In this document: piece after piece, positions 20,399 to 24,453 of the stretch
How the letters are laid out: each line of letters opens with the position of its first letter
How positions within the stretch are numbered: the stretch's first letter is position 1
Assembly: GCA_044220955.1 (NCBI GenBank)
Contig: JBGAQA010000094.1
Span: 1-24,453 of the forward strand
DNA length: 24,453 nucleotides
Source: Sandaracinaceae bacterium
Lineage (GTDB): Bacteria; Myxococcota_A; Polyangia; Polyangiales; Sandaracinaceae
Direction: 5' to 3'
Position numbers and translations under genes: made by a program
Notes under the pieces: model-generated
What the model was told of the DNA's origin: nothing
Seen by the model: the letters and a program-made list of their open reading frames with translations, nothing else
Databases searched by the model: none

Positions 20399-20412
20399 TT
20401 GACGCAGGTCAA
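20399..20412. promoter_or_regulatory. Perfect palindrome TTGAC-N4-GTCAA (CRP/FNR-family-like site)
   Basis: TTGACGCAGGTCAA in the divergent intergenic region, about 80 bp upstream of the cytochrome ATG. Confidence 0.5.
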
Positions 20413-20585
20413 GCAGTCTTCGTACCAGTCTGAATGCGCGAATTCGCGACGTTTCTCGACCGGCGGGGAGTGGGACAGCTGTGCAACGCTGTGCCCGCGC
20501 GACAGGACGGCGCGGAAATACCGCGGGCGCGCCGAGCGTCGCTTCTGCGACGTGGCGCGCTTGGAGCGCTACGATCGCGGGGCTC

Positions 20586-23500
20586 GTGCGGCAGCTTGCG
20601 TGGTGGCTCGGGGCTCTGGTGGCGCTCACGTCGTGCGGTGGCGGCGTACCGCACGTCGACGACGAGCCTGCGCCCGGCGCGCCCGCCCCGAGCCCGAGCG
20701 CCGAGGTCCCACCCGACGCGGGCCTGCCGGCGTGTGGACCGGCCGTCGAGGCCCCGAGCCCGCTCCCGCGGGTGCAGCCCGAGGAGCAGACGCTCGCGTA
20801 CTGGCTCGCGCGCACGCCCGATGCCGAGCTCGATCGACCGCTGATGACGCAGGCCGAGATCGCCGCCCACGATCGCGCGATCGGCGGCGGCGGCGAGGAT
20901 CTGCCCTTCGCTCGGCTCTCGCTCGCGCAGGTGCCCGCGCGCGAGCTCGTCGTGCGCGAGGTGAGCGAGCGCCTCGCGTTCATGCGCGACCGGCTCGAGG
21001 GCGGCTCGTACGTCGGTGAAGGCGGCGAGCGCCTCCCCGGGCCCAGCCTCGCGCGCTACGCCGACGCGCCGCTCGGCCCGCTCGACGGCAGCCTCGTCGT
21101 CGCGCTCGCGCGGATCCCGCTGCGATGCGGGCGTGATCTCGCGGTCTTGCGATCCGCACCCGCCGCCGACGCACCGGCCGGCAGCGCGCCCGACACCAAC
21201 CTCGATCGCAACGCGTGCAGCACGATCGAAGCGCAGGAGCCGGTGCAGATCCTCGTGCGAGAGGAGGGCTCCGTGCTCGTGCGCACGCGCTACGCGCTGG
21301 GCTGGATCGCGTCCGACGCGCCGCTCTCGCCCGCGCTCTCGCGCGCCGACACGGCGCAGGTGACCAGCGCCGATCGCGTCCGGCCGCGAGAAGCCGTGGT
21401 GATCACGTCCGACGACGGCGCCTCGTTCGCGGCCAGCCCGGACGTGCTCCTGCCGCGCGACGCCTCCGATCCGGTGCGTGTGCTCTTCGCGACACGGGAC
21501 GGCGTGCATCGCAGCGCAACGCTCGATCCCGCCTCGATCGAGCCGACGCGCCGCACGCTCACGCGGCGCGCGTTCCTCGAGGAGGCGTTCCGGCACTACG
21601 GCGAGCCCTACGGCTGGGGCGGCGACGGAGGGCTCGACTGCAGCGAGCTCGTGATGGACGTGCTCGCGACCTTCGACCTCGATCTGCCGCGTCACTCGGC
21701 GCGCCAGGCCGAGGCGGGGACCTTCTCGATCGCGATCACGCCCGAGATGAGCGAGCGCGAGCGCCTGGCCATCGCGGACCGCGCGCTCGATCACGGCGTC
21801 GTGCTTCTGCACTTCCCCGGGCACGTGATGATCTACCTGGGGCGCACGACGCGGGGAGAGCCGCGGATCCTGCACGCGTTCGCCGAGTACCTCGAACGAT
21901 GCGCTCAGCCGGGCGGAACGCAGGGCGATCGCCTCGTGCACACGGGCCACGTCGGCGTGAGCGACCTCGAGCTCGGGCGCGGCACCGCGCGGCGCGCGTT
22001 CATCGAGCGGCTCGAGCGCGTCGTCGTGTTCGGCCGACCACCGGAGCCCGACCTGCAGGACCTCGCGCAGATGCGCGCCGCCTCGCCGATCGTCTTCCCG
22101 ACGCGCGAGGCGCGCTGCACCGAGGACATCCACGCGCGCTTCTTCCAGTCACCGGCGCACCCGGTCGCGGGACAGACCGTGCGCTTCATCGCGACGACCG
22201 ACGAGGATCCGGGCCTGGCCGTCATCGAGGTGCTCGACCGCCGCGGCAACCGCACGCGCCCGCCGATGCACCGCCTCGGCGGCCCGCCCTTCACGCGCTG
22301 GGTGGAGATCCCGAACGCGGGCTACGGGCGCTACCAGATGGCGCTCGGCGACGGCGATCACGTCATCGCGTGCGACTACTTCGGCGTCGCGCGCTTCCCG
22401 CCCGAGCCACCCGACCCGGCGACGCTGCCGCTGCCGCCCTACCCGGCCGTGTGGACACCGCGCATCGCGTGGGAGTCCGACACGGAGGCGTTCTTCGCCG
22501 CGTTCGTCGAGGCGCTCTTCGCCTTCCCGGAGGGCGACGACCGGACGTGGACGGGCCTGTCGACGCTGCTGCGCGATCCCGAGCACAACCTGCTCTACGA
22601 CCACCTCGGGCTCGGCGAGGACTCGGCGACCGAGCTCGATCCCCGCGGCAACGAGATCCCGACGCTCGACCTGACACCGGACTGCGCAGACCTACCCTAT
22701 TTCCTGCGCGCCTACTTCGCGTGGAAGATGCACCTGCCGTTCGGCATGCGCCGCTGCAGCCGCGGGCGCGCGGGGATCCCGCCCTCGTGCGAGGACGTGC
22801 CGGCGACGAGCTCGATGGAGCACTCGTTCCCGAACGAGGTCGAGGCGTTCGAGTGGTTCGCGACGCACGTCATCTCGTCGTACGTGCACTCGGCGACGGC
22901 GCGCACGGGACCGGCCGACGACAACACGGACCTCTACCCGATCGCGATCGATCGCCGCTCGATCCGACCGGGGACCGTGTTCGCCGACCCCTACGGGCAC
23001 CTGATCGTGGTCTCGCAGTGGATCCCCGAGCGCCCGGGGCACTGGGGCTCGCTCATCGGGGCCGACGCGCAGCCCGACGGAACGATCGGCCGGCGCACGT
23101 TCTGGCGCGGGACCTTCCTCTTCACGAGCGACACGCGCGACGTGGGGGCGGGGTTCAAGGCGTGGCGGCCCGTGATCTACGACGACGAGACGCTGACGTA
23201 CACGACGGTCGCGAACGAAGATCTCGACCTGCGCTCGGGGTACCTGCCGTACTCGCGCGCGCAGTACGCGGGCTCGACCGACGACTGGTACGACCGGATG
23301 GAGGCGCTCATCGATCCGCGGCCGGTCGACGCGACGGACCGGATGGTCGCGCTCGTCGACGCGCTGGAGGAGAGCGTCGTGCGCCGCGTGGTCTCGATCG
23401 AGACGGGCGAGACGTACTTCCGGGACCACCCCGGGTCGGTGATCCCGATGCCCGACGGCATCGACGTGTTCCAGACCGAGGGCGCGTGGGAGGACTTCAG

Positions 23501-23906
23501 CACGCCCTCGCGCGACATGCGCCTGCTGGTCGCGATCGACACGGTGATGGGGTTCCCCGAGGCCGTGGAGCGCCGGCCGGAGCGCTCGGGGATCGCGCCC
23601 GGCGATGCGGCACGCGTGGTCGCCGAGGTGCGCGCACGGCGCGACACCGAGCTGGCGGCGCGGCACTTCGAGTACGTGCGCAGCGACGGCTCGCGGCAGA
23701 TGCTCACGCTCGCCGACGTCGCCCTTCGCGCGGTGGCGTTCGAGGTCTCGTGGAACCCGAACGACTGCCCCGAGATCCGCTGGGGCGCTCCGGCGCAGAG
23801 CCCGGAGGTGGCCACGTGCGCGCGACACGCGCCCGCCGACCAGACGGCACGCATGGAGCAGACGATGCGCGCGTGGTTCCACGCGCGCGCGCGTCCGGTA
23901 CGATGA
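20586..23906 (+). CDS. Large lipoprotein with an NlpC/P60 domain and a second papain-like Cys-His-Asp domain
   Basis: GTG start inferred; lipobox LTSC; PYGWGGDGGLDCSELV...LPRHSARQ...PGHVMIYLG...ILHA (NlpC/P60); later DCADLPYFLRAYFAWK...PGTVFADPYGHLIVV...GADA. Confidence 0.85.
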   Translation: MRQLAWWLGALVALTSCGGGVPHVDDEPAPGAPAPSPSAEVPPDAGLPACGPAVEAPSPLPRVQPEEQTLAYWLARTPDAELDRPLMTQAEIAAHDRAIGGGGEDLPFARLSLAQVPARELVVREVSERLAFMRDRLEGGSYVGEGGERLPGPSLARYADAPLGPLDGSLVVALARIPLRCGRDLAVLRSAPAADAPAGSAPDTNLDRNACSTIEAQEPVQILVREEGSVLVRTRYALGWIASDAPLSPALSRADTAQVTSADRVRPREAVVITSDDGASFAASPDVLLPRDASDPVRVLFATRDGVHRSATLDPASIEPTRRTLTRRAFLEEAFRHYGEPYGWGGDGGLDCSELVMDVLATFDLDLPRHSARQAEAGTFSIAITPEMSERERLAIADRALDHGVVLLHFPGHVMIYLGRTTRGEPRILHAFAEYLERCAQPGGTQGDRLVHTGHVGVSDLELGRGTARRAFIERLERVVVFGRPPEPDLQDLAQMRAASPIVFPTREARCTEDIHARFFQSPAHPVAGQTVRFIATTDEDPGLAVIEVLDRRGNRTRPPMHRLGGPPFTRWVEIPNAGYGRYQMALGDGDHVIACDYFGVARFPPEPPDPATLPLPPYPAVWTPRIAWESDTEAFFAAFVEALFAFPEGDDRTWTGLSTLLRDPEHNLLYDHLGLGEDSATELDPRGNEIPTLDLTPDCADLPYFLRAYFAWKMHLPFGMRRCSRGRAGIPPSCEDVPATSSMEHSFPNEVEAFEWFATHVISSYVHSATARTGPADDNTDLYPIAIDRRSIRPGTVFADPYGHLIVVSQWIPERPGHWGSLIGADAQPDGTIGRRTFWRGTFLFTSDTRDVGAGFKAWRPVIYDDETLTYTTVANEDLDLRSGYLPYSRAQYAGSTDDWYDRMEALIDPRPVDATDRMVALVDALEESVVRRVVSIETGETYFRDHPGSVIPMPDGIDVFQTEGAWEDFSTPSRDMRLLVAIDTVMGFPEAVERRPERSGIAPGDAARVVAEVRARRDTELAARHFEYVRSDGSRQMLTLADVALRAVAFEVSWNPNDCPEIRWGAPAQSPEVATCARHAPADQTARMEQTMRAWFHARARPVR

Positions 23907-23952
23907 CGCGATCGCGCGAACCCGAACGGGCCGCCCGCGCGTCCTACCCATC

Positions 23953-24453
23953 ATGAAGAGACACCTCTCGGGGATCCTCCTGCTCACGGCGTGCGCGTGC
24001 GGCGGGAGCGCGCCGGCGGCGACGAGCGCCACCACGACGACGGATCCCGTGCGAACCGCGGAGCGCACGGCCAGCCCGAGCGCGGACTACGAGGTCCACG
24101 AGTGGGGCCTCGTGCGAGGCGGGCCGGGCGACACCCAGCGCTACGGCGTGATCGCGCCCCCGATCGACCTCGGGATGATGACGGTCGACAAGCCGCTCCT
24201 CTACTTCCACGCACCCGCCGCGCTCACGCTCGCGTCCGTGACCGTCGAGGCGCGGAGCGGCGGCACGCTGGTCGAGACGTGGCCGCTCACGCCGCTCGGT
24301 GCGAGCGCCGCGTGGACGAGCGTGACGATCGACCCGGACGGCAGACCGTGCGCGGTCTCGCCGCTCCCGACGGCGAGCGATCCGCCGTGCACCGGGCAGC
24401 CGGCGGGAGACTGCGAGACCCCCTCGCTCGGTCCGCTGCGGACGGCGGACGCG
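23953..24453 (+). CDS. 3'-truncated lipoprotein with HEWG / KP-hydrophobic-YF motifs
   Basis: Not in the ORF track. ATG 23953 gives MKRHLSGILLLTACACGG...YEVHEWGLV...VDKPLLYFH...LVETWP, open to the window end. Confidence 0.75.
   Translation, partial: MKRHLSGILLLTACACGGSAPAATSATTTTDPVRTAERTASPSADYEVHEWGLVRGGPGDTQRYGVIAPPIDLGMMTVDKPLLYFHAPAALTLASVTVEARSGGTLVETWPLTPLGASAAWTSVTIDPDGRPCAVSPLPTASDPPCTGQPAGDCETPSLGPLRTADA

Overview
Very GC-rich bacterial chromosomal DNA. Gene content and style (Hanks-type kinase, CdnL, AgmX/PglI-like domain, many lipoproteins) suggest a myxobacterium, probably Polyangiales/Sandaracinaceae-like; this is inference. Housekeeping genes: cinA, recA, cdnL (CarD-like), hisIE, queE, queD, a CoA-binding protein and a NUDIX hydrolase. 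Envelope or secreted genes: a heterodimeric M16B peptidase pair, an outer-membrane beta-barrel, a lipase-like lipoprotein, a beta-propeller/diheme cytochrome c lipoprotein, a ~1,100-aa lipoprotein with two apparent papain-like (NlpC/P60-type) catalytic domains, and several uncharacterised lipoproteins. I saw no mobile element, CRISPR array, tRNA or rRNA. Best leads: (i) a hairpin-dense non-coding region at 15860-16040 that folds into a four-way junction directly before the RBS of a small Cys-rich gene (candidate cis-regulatory RNA or sRNA); (ii) the double cysteine-hydrolase lipoprotein; (iii) a pseudo-receiver/beta-domain/XRE regulator beside a NUDIX gene; (iv) a perfect TTGAC-N4-GTCAA box before the diheme cytochrome; (v) a frameshifted lipoprotein remnant after the M16 pair. 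All family assignments are by-eye motif recognition; no searches were run.
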